This document shows positions 40,130 to 49,867 of a DNA stretch of 64,000 nucleotides, piece after piece; positions within the stretch are counted from its first letter, which is position 1; the number at the start of each line of letters is the position of its first letter. Origin of the DNA: an uncultured Chloroflexia bacterium (GTDB lineage Bacteria; Chloroflexota; Limnocylindria; Limnocylindrales; CSP1-4). The stretch covers positions 448,001 to 512,000 of the forward strand of contig CAVXPZ010000001.1 of NCBI GenBank assembly GCA_963763775.1, read 5' to 3'. The notes below the pieces were generated by a model that was given only the letters and a program-made list of their open reading frames with translations, was not told the origin of the DNA and made no database searches. A program made the position numbers and the translations under genes.

Positions 40130-40975
40130 TCAGGCGGACGGTTCCTCCGGGATCACCGCGCGCAGGAACTCGTCCAGCCCCTCGCCGGAGCCGATGAGCC
40201 GCAGGGCTCGGGCCGCGGTGGTGTCGAGGCTGCGGTCGTAGTCCTCGCCGTACGTGACGGCGGCGATGCTCAGATGGGCTCGCAGCGCCGCGCGCGCCGC
40301 ATCGGCGTCACGTGCCTCGATCGCGTCGTAGGCGACCCGGTGGTACGGCGCACTCTGGCGGATGACCTCGCGGTCGCCGGCGCTGCGGACCATCAGCTCC
40401 ACGGTCAACCCCCGGATCGAGGCGAACATCGTCTCGATCATCGGGTTGTGCGACGCGGCGACGAGCGCGGTGTGGAAGGCCAGGTCGTTCCGGACCCGGT
40501 CGAGCGGTGTCGCGCTGTTCTCGAGGCGTTCCAGCGCCACGCCGAGGGCGGCGAGGTCGTCGGCGTCGGCATGCTGTGTCGCGAGCGCGGCGGCCTCGGT
40601 CTCGAGCATGAGCCGGGCCTCGGACAGCTGGCGAGCGGTGGTGCCGCGGCGCCGGTACTCGAGGTCCAGGGGCTGGAACCGGCGCGGTGCCGTGCCGCTC
40701 AGCACGAAGGCCCCTCGGCCAGCCTCCACCTCGATGAGTCCGCGTTCGATGAGCGAGCGGAGCGCCTCCCGGACCATCGGCCGGCTGGCCCCGAACTCGA
40801 CCGCGAGGTGGCGCTCGGACGGAAGCCGGTCGCCCGCCGCGAGCTCGCCGGAGAGGATCCGCTCCGCCAACGCGCCCGCGATCGCGTCACCCGAATTCCT
40901 CGATGCGTCCGCGAAGGCCGCGCCGCGGCGAGGCGACGGCTCCACGCGGACCGGTCGTGACTCGGTGTCGCTCAA
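40130..40975 (-). CDS. FadR/GntR family transcriptional regulator
   Basis: GDRLPSERHLAVEFGASRPMVREAL and an FCD domain (DLAFH...SHNP). AGGAG RBS. Confidence 0.9.
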   Translation of the reverse strand: MSDTESRPVRVEPSPRRGAAFADASRNSGDAIAGALAERILSGELAAGDRLPSERHLAVEFGASRPMVREALRSLIERGLIEVEAGRGAFVLSGTAPRRFQPLDLEYRRRGTTARQLSEARLMLETEAAALATQHADADDLAALGVALERLENSATPLDRVRNDLAFHTALVAASHNPMIETMFASIRGLTVELMVRSAGDREVIRQSAPYHRVAYDAIEARDADAARAALRAHLSIAAVTYGEDYDRSLDTTAARALRLIGSGEGLDEFLRAVIPEEPSA

Positions 40976-41041
40976 GGACTCCTGGACCTCCTGAGAGTGG
41001 TGATTGACGCCAGATTAGCCGCCGTGGCACCATCATGCGAC

Positions 41042-41061
41042 TGGTATGACCGGTATGACCA
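41042..41061. promoter_or_regulatory. Tandem FadR-type operator
   Basis: TGGTATGACCGGTATGACCA (GGTATGACC x2) in the divergent FadR/kinase gap, matching the TxGT-N-ACxA GntR/FadR pattern. Confidence 0.7.
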
Positions 41062-41095
41062 CTTGACGCGAGGCAAGATGGGTGGCAAGGGATCG

Positions 41096-42589
41096 ATGAC
41101 CGAACCCGGGGCGATCAGCCCGGAGCGTGCCGAGCGGCCGCTGGTGCTCGCCGTGGACATCGGGTCGTCGTCGGTGCGCGCCGCGATCCACGACCGCCGG
41201 GGACGGACCGTTCGCGGATGCGTCGCACGGGTCCGGTACACCTGGGAGGCCGGCCCGGACGGCGCGGTCCGGCTGCCCCTTCCGACGGCATTGGATCTGG
41301 TGGGGGAGGCCCTGGACCGGATCGCGGTCATCGCGGGAGCCCTGGCTGGTGAGGTGGTCGCCGGCGGCATCTCGTGCTTCTTCCACAGCATCGTCGGCCT
41401 CGACGGGTCCGGCCATGCGGTGACGCCGGTGCTGTCGTGGTCCGACACGACGAGCGCCCGCGATGCGGCCGTCCTCCGCGGACAGGTCGACGCGGCCGCG
41501 GTCCATGCCTGTACCGGGGCGCCGATCCATGCGAGCTACTGGCCGGCGAGGGTCCGTCGCCTGCGACGGGAGCGGCCGACGATCCGCCGCTGGGCGGGCC
41601 TTCCGGACCTGCTCGTGGGCTCGATGACGGGGCGAGCTGTCGTCAGCCGATCGATGGCTTCCGGGACGGGGCTCCTCGACCGCGCCCGAGGTTCGTGGGC
41701 AGAGGGGCTGCTGGAGCAGATCGGAGTCGCACCGAGCCAGCTGCCGGCGATCGTCGGCGACGACGAGCCCGTCGGGCCGCTGGCGGGCGCGGCCGCGGAT
41801 CGGTGGCCGTCGTTCGCGAAGGCGTCGTGGTTCCCGGCCTGGGGCGACGGCGCCTGTGGCAATGTCGGCCTCGGAGCGGTCCGTCCGGGGTCGGCGGCGC
41901 TCATGGTGGGCACCTCTGGCGCGCTGCGAACCGTCGTGCCGGTGCCGGCCCCGGCGGTCGGCCCAGGGTTGTTCGCCTATCGCCTCGGCGACGGCACGCT
42001 ACTCGGCGGTCAGCTGAGCGAGGGCGGTGGGGTGCTCGCATGGGCGAGCCAGCTGCTCCGTCGGTCGCCCGCCGAGCTCGACCGGGCCGCCGAGAGGCTG
42101 GATGCCGACGCCCACGGGCTGACAGTCCTGCCCTATACCGTCGGTGAGCGCGGCATCGGCTACCACGACGACGCCCGTGGTGCCTTCGTCGGATTGACGG
42201 CCGGGACGGACGCCGCCGCCATCCATCGCGCGCTCCTCGAATCCATCGCCTACGGCTTTGTCGCGATCGACGAGCGCCTCTCCGAGACGTCGCCATCGCC
42301 GCTCGCCGTCACCGCGTCGGGCGGCGCCTTGACGCACTCCCCGCTCCTCGCACAGATCCTGGCCGACGTGCTCGGCCGGGACATCGCCCTGGCGCGCGGC
42401 GCGGAGGCATCCCGGCGCGGCGCGGCACTCCTGGCGCTGCAGGGGGCCGGGGTGGTGGACTCGCTCGAGTCGGTGCCGGGTCCGGTGACCCAAGACGTAC
42501 GCTTCGATCCCGACCGGTCCGCGCGCTACCGGGCCGCACGCGCGCGGCAGGAGCGTTTGTACGACTTGGTGCTGGGGCGGCCGTCATGA
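41096..42589 (+). CDS. FGGY family carbohydrate kinase (gluconokinase-like)
   Basis: AVDIGSSSVRA, SMASGTGL, GDGACGNVG, GTSGALR and GER. Confidence 0.87.
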   Translation: MTEPGAISPERAERPLVLAVDIGSSSVRAAIHDRRGRTVRGCVARVRYTWEAGPDGAVRLPLPTALDLVGEALDRIAVIAGALAGEVVAGGISCFFHSIVGLDGSGHAVTPVLSWSDTTSARDAAVLRGQVDAAAVHACTGAPIHASYWPARVRRLRRERPTIRRWAGLPDLLVGSMTGRAVVSRSMASGTGLLDRARGSWAEGLLEQIGVAPSQLPAIVGDDEPVGPLAGAAADRWPSFAKASWFPAWGDGACGNVGLGAVRPGSAALMVGTSGALRTVVPVPAPAVGPGLFAYRLGDGTLLGGQLSEGGGVLAWASQLLRRSPAELDRAAERLDADAHGLTVLPYTVGERGIGYHDDARGAFVGLTAGTDAAAIHRALLESIAYGFVAIDERLSETSPSPLAVTASGGALTHSPLLAQILADVLGRDIALARGAEASRRGAALLALQGAGVVDSLESVPGPVTQDVRFDPDRSARYRAARARQERLYDLVLGRPS

Positions 42590-43488
42590 AGGCCGGGGTC
42601 ATCGTGCCGCAGGGCTGGACGGGCGAGTACGACGGCTGGGACTCGCGGGCCGCCTGGCAGCGGACGGTCGAGGTGGCGCGCCAGGCCGAGGCCCTGGGCT
42701 TCGAATCGATCTGGCTCTTCGACCACTTCCAGACGTTCCCCGAGCCCACCGACGAGATCACGTTCGAGTCGTTCACGTCGCTGGCCGTCCTGGCCGCCAG
42801 GACATCCCGTGTCCGTCTCGGGCACATGGTCGTGTGCGCCGGGTTCCGCAACCCGGCGCTCGTTGCGAAGATGGTGGCGACCATGGACGTCCTGAGCGAC
42901 GGGCGCATGGAGCTCGGGATCGGGTCAGGCTGGAAGCGCGACGAGTACGTCGCGTACGGCTTCGACTTCGCGAACCGGCCGGAGCGGCTGGCGCGGCTCC
43001 GCGACAGCCTGGAAGTCATCACGAGGATGCTGGCCCCCGGGGCCACCGTCCGGGCGTCCTATCGCGGCGAGCATGCCAGCGTCGAGGATGCGATCAACGT
43101 CCCGAAGCCGCTTCAGGCGCATCTGCCGGTCGTGGTCGGCGGGAACGGTCCCGAGGTCACGTGGCGCCTCGCGGCACGGTTCGCGGACGAGATCAATCTC
43201 GACAAGATGCTGCCCGACGCGGTCGCCGAGGCGCTGCCCGTGATCCGTTCGCGATGCGAGGAGATCGGGCGCGACCCGGCGACGCTCCGCGTGTCAGTCC
43301 ACATCTCGCGCCACGACAAGGTGACGCCGGGCGCAGAACGCGTGGATCGACTCGCCAGGTACCGCGAACTCGGCGTGTCGCGGACGATCGAGTTCCTGCC
43401 GGCCTCCGCGCGCGACGATGACGCACTCGAGGCCTACGCCGAGGACGTCGTGGCCGCCGGCGTGGACCAGGCGGAGTCCCACCGATGA
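42586..43488 (+). CDS. LLM-class probable F420-dependent oxidoreductase
   Basis: GVIVPQGW, WLFDHF, RNPALVAKM.AT.DVLSDGR.ELGIGSGW and VGGNG. Confidence 0.85.
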   Translation: MKAGVIVPQGWTGEYDGWDSRAAWQRTVEVARQAEALGFESIWLFDHFQTFPEPTDEITFESFTSLAVLAARTSRVRLGHMVVCAGFRNPALVAKMVATMDVLSDGRMELGIGSGWKRDEYVAYGFDFANRPERLARLRDSLEVITRMLAPGATVRASYRGEHASVEDAINVPKPLQAHLPVVVGGNGPEVTWRLAARFADEINLDKMLPDAVAEALPVIRSRCEEIGRDPATLRVSVHISRHDKVTPGAERVDRLARYRELGVSRTIEFLPASARDDDALEAYAEDVVAAGVDQAESHR

Positions 43489-43677
43489 ACCGGACGGGCT
43501 GTCGACCGGCCGAGCCCACGGAACGGGCCGGGCGACCACGGAAAGGAGGGTCGGACGACCAGGGACCATGACCCGGACCGCGACGCAGATCCGATCGAGC
43601 CGTCCAGGCGCCACTCGCCCGGACGTGCGGGGGTGAGGACGAGAACGAAGAACCCGACGGAGGAGGAGAGCACGATC

Positions 43678-44805
43678 ATGTCGATCCGACGAATGGCCGC
43701 GATCTTGTCGATCGCTGCCATGGCATTCGCCGCGTGTAGCAGCGGGAGCGCCAGCAGCGCACCGAGCGCGGCGGCCAGCACCGCTCCCACGACGGCCGCG
43801 AGCACGGCCGCCAGCGTGGCGCCGAGCGCCGCTTCCGCCTGCAAGGTCGGCGTGTCCTGGTTCACGTTCCAGGAAGAGCGCTATGGGCTTCGAGACCAGC
43901 CAGCCCTCAAGGCGGCGGTCGAGGCGGGCGGCGGCGAGTACATCGCCAACGACGCCAAGAACTCGGCCGAGACGCAGACCACCAATGTCGAGACCCTGAT
44001 CGCCCAGGGCGCGAACGTCCTCGTGATCGACGCGTTCGATTCCGAGGCGATCCTGCCCTCGGTCGCCGCGGCGAAGGCGGCAGGCATCCCGGTCATCGCG
44101 TACGACCGGCTCATCGAGGACCCGAGCGTGCTGTACCTGACCCACGACAACGTCGAGGTCGGGCGGATGATGGCTCGCGAGATGATCAAGGCCCTGCCGA
44201 AGGGCAACTACGCGATCATCAAGGGTGACAAGGCCAATCCCAATTCCCTGTTCCTCGATGACGGGTTCAAGGAGATCATCGGCGACGCCGTGAAGGCCGG
44301 TGACATCAAGCTCGCGGCCGAGCAGTTCACCGACAACTGGGACCCGAAAGGCGCCCAGACCGAGATGGAGCAGATCCTGACGTCCGCGGGCAACAAGATC
44401 GACGGCGTGCTCTCCGAGAACGACGGGATGGCCGGCGGCGTGGTCGCCGCTCTCGCCGCCCAGGGCCTCGAGGGCAAGGTCCTGGTCACCGGGCAGGACG
44501 GCGACGCCGCGGCGCTCAACCGCGTGGCGCTGGGGACCCAGCTTGTCGACATCTGGAAGGACAGCAGCGAGCTCGGCACGGCCGCCGGGAACGCGGCGGT
44601 CCAGCTGTGCAAGGACAAGGACGTCACGAAGGTCGCCGGCACGTCCCCCTACACCACGCCGGGCGGGAAGACCGTGTCCTCGATCCTCCTCAAGCCGATC
44701 CCGATCCTGAAGGACAACCTCAACGTCCTGCTCGACGCCAAGTGGATCGACGCGGCCACCCTCTGCAAGGGCGTGACCCCGGGCTCCATCCCGGCCTGCC
44801 CATAG
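43678..44805 (+). CDS. XylF-like sugar ABC substrate-binding lipoprotein
   Basis: Lipobox AFAAC, Ala/Ser linker, IAYDRLI, ENDGMAGG, VTGQDGD and DIWKD. GGAGGAG RBS. Confidence 0.87.
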   Translation: MSIRRMAAILSIAAMAFAACSSGSASSAPSAAASTAPTTAASTAASVAPSAASACKVGVSWFTFQEERYGLRDQPALKAAVEAGGGEYIANDAKNSAETQTTNVETLIAQGANVLVIDAFDSEAILPSVAAAKAAGIPVIAYDRLIEDPSVLYLTHDNVEVGRMMAREMIKALPKGNYAIIKGDKANPNSLFLDDGFKEIIGDAVKAGDIKLAAEQFTDNWDPKGAQTEMEQILTSAGNKIDGVLSENDGMAGGVVAALAAQGLEGKVLVTGQDGDAAALNRVALGTQLVDIWKDSSELGTAAGNAAVQLCKDKDVTKVAGTSPYTTPGGKTVSSILLKPIPILKDNLNVLLDAKWIDAATLCKGVTPGSIPACP

Positions 44806-44830
44806 GCTGACGACCCGCGAGAGCGATCTG

Positions 44831-44865
44831 CGCCCCGCGCTGCGGCATCGCCGCGACGCGGGGCG
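44831..44865. terminator. Hairpin between convergent genes
   Basis: cgccccgcg...cgcggggcg inverted repeat. Confidence 0.45.
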
Positions 44866-44874
44866 TCACCGTGT

Positions 44875-45645
44875 CTAGCTCCTCGTGAGATGCAGCAGGC
44901 CGAAGATCCCGCCCTGCGGATCCTCGATCATCGACATCCTCCCGCCCGGGAAGTCCATCGGGGCCAGCATCGCGTGACCGCCGGCCGTAACGGCCTTTGC
45001 GGTCGACGCATCCACGTCGTCGACGCCGAAGTAGACGAGCCAGTAGTTCGGCATCGAGGCGGGCGCCAGCTCGCTCAGCTCGGTCGCGCCGGCGATGCTC
45101 GTGCCGTCGATCTGGAACTCCGTGTAGGGCATCTCCGGACTGTCGCTGGTGTGGAGCTGCCATCCGAAGACGTCGTGGTAGAACGGGAGCCACGTGCCGA
45201 CGGTGCGGGCGTTGAGTTCGGCCCACTCGAACGCGCTCGTCCCCTGCGTCTGGAACCCGCCCATCTCGATGGGCTGCCAGGCCGAGATGACGGCGCCGCC
45301 CGGATCGGCGAAGACCGCCATCCGGCCCTGGTCGCCGACATCGAAGGCGGGCATGACCACCTGGCCGCCGGCGGCGACGACCTTCGCGGACAGCGCGTCC
45401 GCGTCGTCGGTGCCGATGTAGACCGCCCAGGCTGTCGGCTGCTCCGGCGACATCGTCGGGCCGATCCCGGCGACGTCCTTGCCGTCGAGCAGCGCACGTC
45501 CATAGCCGCCGTACTGCGGGTCCGGACTCACATGGATGTCCCAGCCGAAGACCTCGGCGTAGAACGCACGGGCACCTGGAGCGTCTGTCGTCCCGAGGTC
45601 CACCCAGGCTGGCTTGTTCGCGATCGCGGTCGCAGCGTTCGTCAT
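44875..45645 (-). CDS. VOC/glyoxalase family two-domain protein
   Basis: PAWVDL.T.D, FYAEVFGW, GRMAVFADPGG, WLVYFGVDDVD and DPQGG. Confidence 0.88.
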   Translation of the reverse strand: MTNAATAIANKPAWVDLGTTDAPGARAFYAEVFGWDIHVSPDPQYGGYGRALLDGKDVAGIGPTMSPEQPTAWAVYIGTDDADALSAKVVAAGGQVVMPAFDVGDQGRMAVFADPGGAVISAWQPIEMGGFQTQGTSAFEWAELNARTVGTWLPFYHDVFGWQLHTSDSPEMPYTEFQIDGTSIAGATELSELAPASMPNYWLVYFGVDDVDASTAKAVTAGGHAMLAPMDFPGGRMSMIEDPQGGIFGLLHLTRS

Positions 45646-45757
45646 GACGGCACCTCCACGTGCTGACGTCGCGCTATCCCGGTCCGGGGTAGGGAAGCGC
45701 CATTGTCCTCCTGTTCCGGCGTCCTGACCTTTCCGCTCCGTTAACGGTCCGCGCCGG

Positions 45758-47218
45758 CTAGGGGCTCCAGAACCCGATCTCGCCGTCGAGGCTGACCGGC
45801 GGTCCGCCATCGGGGAAGAACCCGTCGACGTGGGTCACCCCATCCGCGTCCATCTGGGGGAGCAGGAAGGACGTGCCGTCCGGTGCCCAGAGCCGGTGAC
45901 TCAGCGCGTACTGGTCGAAGTAGGTCAGGAGCTGGTCGACGTACTGCTGGCCCGGGACGACCCGGCGCTGGGACCGGACCTGACCGGTGGCGACGTCGAC
46001 GAAGACCAGCTGGATCGTGTTCTGGCCGTCGGGTGCCGGGGACGCCGCCCCGATGGTCGACACGTTCGAGCCGCCGGCCGCCGGCAGGAGCTTGATCGCG
46101 GCGATCGTGGCGCCGTCCGGCGACCAGGCGAAGCTCACCACGGCGCCGTCGAGGAGCGTCCGTGTCGCCCCGTCCGTGGCGTCGACGAGCCGCAGCGGCC
46201 CGATCGGGATGCCGAGCGGCGTCGCCAGCGGCGCGGTCGCGCCGATCGCCGCGAGGGTGTCCCCGCCGGGGTCGAAGTCCAGAGCCGCGGGGCCGAAGAC
46301 CGGCATCGAGTGCTCGGACGACCCGTCGCGGGCGGCGACGACGACCGCATCCTGACCGGCATCGCCCGCTCGCACGTAGCCCGCGAACGCGCCGTCGGCG
46401 CTCACATCCGGGGACCGGAAGGTGCCGGGCGCCTTGATGGCCGGGGCGGACGCCTTCCCGTCCAACCCGATCTCGCCCAGGAACGCCTGGGCGCCGTCGC
46501 CGACATGGGCCAGCAGATGGCTCGAGTCGATCCAGTCGTAGTAGAAGGGCGATCCCGTCCGGATCACGGCGTCCGAGCCGCTGCCGTCCACCGGCGCACT
46601 CCCGTCGGCGGGCGCGATCCGCAGGGAGATGTCGTTCGCCTCCGCGGCCAGGAACGAGACAGAGGCACCGTCCGGCGTCCACGACAGGTAGAACGGCGCC
46701 GCGGTCGCGTTCTGGAAGATCACGTGGGGTTTGACGAGCGAGGGATCGGTCCCGGCCCCCCCGACGTCGATGACGACGATCGCCGTCTCCGTTGCGCCGG
46801 TTCGGACGGCGGCGACCTTCGAACCGTCAGGCGACCAGGTCGGGAAGCCGTAGGTGCCGTCCTGCGCGTCCGCGAGGAGCTGGGCGTGCCCGCCGGGATC
46901 CGCGATCCACATCGATCCGTCCTGGTGGACCAGTGCGACCGAGCCCGACGCGGCGAGCGCGCGAGGGGCCGCCGCCGACGAGGCGGGGGTCGGCAGCGGC
47001 GTCGGGTTCGCCGCCGCGCTGGAGGTGGATGTGGGTTCGGATGTGGCAGAAGGAGCGCCACTCGCGACCGCGGAGCCCCCTGCGGTGGGGACCGGCGGCG
47101 TCGGTGCACAGGCCACGCCGACGACGGCGAGGATGATGCAGACGGCCGCCAGACGGCCGTCGGCTCGGATCGGCGCACGACGGCGACCGAATCCCACTCC
47201 GATCCCTCGTGCGTCCAT
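45758..47218 (-). CDS. TolB-like beta-propeller lipoprotein
   Basis: Lipobox VGVAC, Ser/Pro linker and repeated WSPDG/WTPDG/WAPDG. Confidence 0.78.
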   Translation of the reverse strand: MDARGIGVGFGRRRAPIRADGRLAAVCIILAVVGVACAPTPPVPTAGGSAVASGAPSATSEPTSTSSAAANPTPLPTPASSAAAPRALAASGSVALVHQDGSMWIADPGGHAQLLADAQDGTYGFPTWSPDGSKVAAVRTGATETAIVVIDVGGAGTDPSLVKPHVIFQNATAAPFYLSWTPDGASVSFLAAEANDISLRIAPADGSAPVDGSGSDAVIRTGSPFYYDWIDSSHLLAHVGDGAQAFLGEIGLDGKASAPAIKAPGTFRSPDVSADGAFAGYVRAGDAGQDAVVVAARDGSSEHSMPVFGPAALDFDPGGDTLAAIGATAPLATPLGIPIGPLRLVDATDGATRTLLDGAVVSFAWSPDGATIAAIKLLPAAGGSNVSTIGAASPAPDGQNTIQLVFVDVATGQVRSQRRVVPGQQYVDQLLTYFDQYALSHRLWAPDGTSFLLPQMDADGVTHVDGFFPDGGPPVSLDGEIGFWSP

Positions 47219-47256
47219 CAACCGACGATACGCGCGAACGGCCACGACGGATGCGC

Positions 47257-47700
47257 CTACGCGTGGATCGCGTCGACGGTGATCCTCCGTGCGTGGATGC
47301 GGCAGATGACCCGGGTCTCCCGATCGGCCTGCGCGGCCGGGTAGATGCCGCCGTAGTAGTGCTGATGTCGCGTGTACTTCCTGGTGAGCACGTCGAGATG
47401 CTCGCGGCCCCCATCCATGACGAGCTCGGCCTCGCCGCGGATCTGGATGAACCGCGCGGTGTCGTCCGGGTCGACGACGAGCAAGCTCACGGCGCGATCG
47501 CCGAGCAGGTTTCGACCCTTCTGTCGTTCAAGCGTCGTGTTCACGCGGACGCATCCGTCACGCATGTCGATCCACACCAGGCTCGACTGCGGCTGCCCAT
47601 CGCGCCCCATCGTCGTGAAGACCGCGACGATGGGACGGCGCACAAGGTCCAGGTGGTCGGCGGGGATGGCGGCTGCGACGGCCGGAGGCGTGCTCGTCAT
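47257..47700 (-). CDS. PPOX-class probable F420-dependent oxidoreductase
   Basis: TTMGRDGQPQSSLVW, RQKGRNL and IQIRG. Confidence 0.85.
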   Translation of the reverse strand: MTSTPPAVAAAIPADHLDLVRRPIVAVFTTMGRDGQPQSSLVWIDMRDGCVRVNTTLERQKGRNLLGDRAVSLLVVDPDDTARFIQIRGEAELVMDGGREHLDVLTRKYTRHQHYYGGIYPAAQADRETRVICRIHARRITVDAIHA

Positions 47701-48170
47701 CGTGGTGGCGCCACGGGCGTCGCATCCAGGGCGACCACGTGTGTCGGCCGGATCAGGCACAGGATCGGCACTTCGGTCGTCGCGAACCGCGCCGGGATCG
47801 CATCGCCGAAATAGCTGAGCGATCGCCCGCCGTACTTCGAGGCGATCTCGTCCAGGTGCCGCGCGGCGCCGTCCTCGGTCATCGCGACGACCGTGCCGCG
47901 GATCTCCAGGTATCGGAGCGGTCGTCGGGGGTCGTAGCAGAGCAACGTGACCCGCGGGTTCCGACGCATGTTCCGTTCCTTCTGGAAGCCACGCATCGTA
48001 TTCACGCGGACGAACCCGTCGGCGGTGTCGCACCAGACCACCGAGGTCTGCGGCGAACCGTCGGGCATGACGGTCGTCAGGGCGGCGACCGGCGGGCACT
48101 CGACCAGGTCTCGGTGCGAGGCCGGGATCTCGTTCGGCGCATGCCCACGGAGAAGACCGATCGACGACAT
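47697..48170 (-). CDS. PPOX-class probable F420-dependent oxidoreductase
   Basis: TTVMPDGSPQTSVVW, QKERNMRRNPRV and LEIRG. Confidence 0.85.
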   Translation of the reverse strand: MSSIGLLRGHAPNEIPASHRDLVECPPVAALTTVMPDGSPQTSVVWCDTADGFVRVNTMRGFQKERNMRRNPRVTLLCYDPRRPLRYLEIRGTVVAMTEDGAARHLDEIASKYGGRSLSYFGDAIPARFATTEVPILCLIRPTHVVALDATPVAPPR

Positions 48171-48278
48171 CGCCTCATCACCTTGGCAGGACCGCACCGA
48201 ATCATCCCCGATGAGCTGCCCGACTACGAGTGCCGAAGCGACCGAACGGCACGATCAAGACGACCCTGCGGACAGGGC

Positions 48279-48315
48279 TTGCGTCCGCTGTAGATATACG
48301 TATACTCCTACGTAT
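48279..48315 (+). promoter_or_regulatory. Sigma70-type promoter with overlapping palindrome upstream of the EXLDI gene
   Basis: TTGCGT-N16-TATACT, TATACGTATA palindrome at 48295-48304 and a second TACGTA repeat; an AT-rich island. Confidence 0.6.
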
Positions 48316-48349
48316 GTCCACCGACGCAGCCGGGAGTTACGATGTCCAC

Positions 48350-48868
48350 GTGCCGAACAAGACCATCTACGTCTCCCAGGGAGACCTCCCCCTCTTCGAC
48401 CGCGCGCAGGAGCTCGCCGGCGACAATCTCTCGGCCGCGATCTCCGCGGCGCTCCGTCGCTATGTCGACATCGAAGAGGGCAAGCGAGAAGGGTTCGACG
48501 AGATCATCGTCCGGGTCGGGATCGGCAAGGGCCGCAAGGTCCGGTTCACCGGCCACCTCATCGGGGAGTGGGTCGACACCTCGTACAGCCGCGTGGACCA
48601 GTACCGGGTCTACCGCGGACGCCGCGGGAAGTTCGTCCTGCACATCGAGCGCAGCGCGGCCTTCACCATGGTCGACGGGGAAGGGAAGCCGGCCGGCTGG
48701 CGCGGCTACCTCGGGATCGGGAACATCAGCTACGGCTCGACGCCCGAGGAGTCCACGCTCGACGTCATCGACTCGCTCGAGGAGTTGCGCGGCCGCGTCC
48801 CGCAACAGCTCTTCGACATGGTCGCGAAGGCGCCCATGGTCCCGGAGCTGGAAGAGCTCGACGTCTAG
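48350..48868 (+). CDS. EXLDI-family protein (probable ribbon-helix-helix regulator)
   Basis: (M)PNKTIYVS..DLPLF.RAQEL.G.NLSAAI and C-terminal EELDV. Confidence 0.8.
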   Translation: MPNKTIYVSQGDLPLFDRAQELAGDNLSAAISAALRRYVDIEEGKREGFDEIIVRVGIGKGRKVRFTGHLIGEWVDTSYSRVDQYRVYRGRRGKFVLHIERSAAFTMVDGEGKPAGWRGYLGIGNISYGSTPEESTLDVIDSLEELRGRVPQQLFDMVAKAPMVPELEELDV

Positions 48869-48898
48869 CGCTGGCGCCGTCGCTCGAGGCGCGGCGTG

Positions 48899-49867
48899 AT
48901 GGCCACAGGAACGACGCACCCGGCGATCCGGGCGGTCGGACTCCGCAAGTCGTACGGCACGCAGGTCGTCCTCGACGGCATCGACCTGGAGATCGCGGCC
49001 GGGACCGTCTTCGCGCTGCTCGGTCCGAACGGTGCCGGCAAGACCACGACCGTCCACATCCTCTCGACACTCATCGCGGGCGATGCCGGTGACGTCCGCG
49101 TTGCCGGCCACGATGTCGCCCGTGACCCCGATGCGGTCCGCGAGGTCATCGGCCTCACCGGGCAGTTCTCCGCCGTGGACGCCCTGTTCACCGGTGAGGA
49201 GAACCTCCAGCTGATGGCGGATCTCCGCCACCTCGGCAAGGCCGAGGGGCGGCGACGGGTCGCTGCGGCCCTCGAGCGATTCGGCCTGGTCGAGGCTGCG
49301 AAGAAGCCCGCGTCCTCGTACTCGGGCGGGATGCGACGGCGTCTGGACCTCGCCATGACGCTCATCGGCGACCCGCGGATCATCTTCCTCGACGAACCGA
49401 CAGCCGGGCTGGATCCGCGGAGCCGCCGCGTCATGTGGGAGATCATCCGCGAGCTGGTGGCTGACGGCGTGACCATCTTCCTGACGACGCAGTACCTCGA
49501 CGAGGCCGACCGGCTGGCTGACCGGATCGCCATCCTCGACCACGGCCGGATCGTGGCCGAAGGGACGCCAAGCGAGCTCAAGCGGCTCGCGCCGGCTGGA
49601 TCCATCGAGCTCACCTTCGACGACGCCGAAGCACTCGCGCATGCCGCGGCGGTCCTTGGGGACGGTTCGCCGAACGAGGAGACCCTGACCCTGGAGGTGC
49701 CGGGTGACGCCGGCACCGGGTCGCTGCGGACCCTGCTCGACCGACTCGACGCGGCGGCGATCGAGGTCGGCTCACTCGCGATCCGAACCCCCGATCTCGA
49801 CGACGTGTTCCTGTCGCTCACGGCCGATCCGGCTGATCCGGCTACCCAGGAGGCCAGCGTCCGATGA
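48899..49867 (+). CDS. DrrA-type ABC exporter ATP-binding protein
   Basis: GPNGAGKTT, YSGGMRRRLDLA, FLDEPTAGLD and TTQYLDEAD. Confidence 0.92.
   Translation: MATGTTHPAIRAVGLRKSYGTQVVLDGIDLEIAAGTVFALLGPNGAGKTTTVHILSTLIAGDAGDVRVAGHDVARDPDAVREVIGLTGQFSAVDALFTGEENLQLMADLRHLGKAEGRRRVAAALERFGLVEAAKKPASSYSGGMRRRLDLAMTLIGDPRIIFLDEPTAGLDPRSRRVMWEIIRELVADGVTIFLTTQYLDEADRLADRIAILDHGRIVAEGTPSELKRLAPAGSIELTFDDAEALAHAAAVLGDGSPNEETLTLEVPGDAGTGSLRTLLDRLDAAAIEVGSLAIRTPDLDDVFLSLTADPADPATQEASVR

Noticed and set aside
43489-43677. Possible riboswitch or sRNA upstream of the sugar-binding protein
   Set aside because: No conserved riboswitch motif could be recognised by eye. An Rfam/Infernal scan would be needed.
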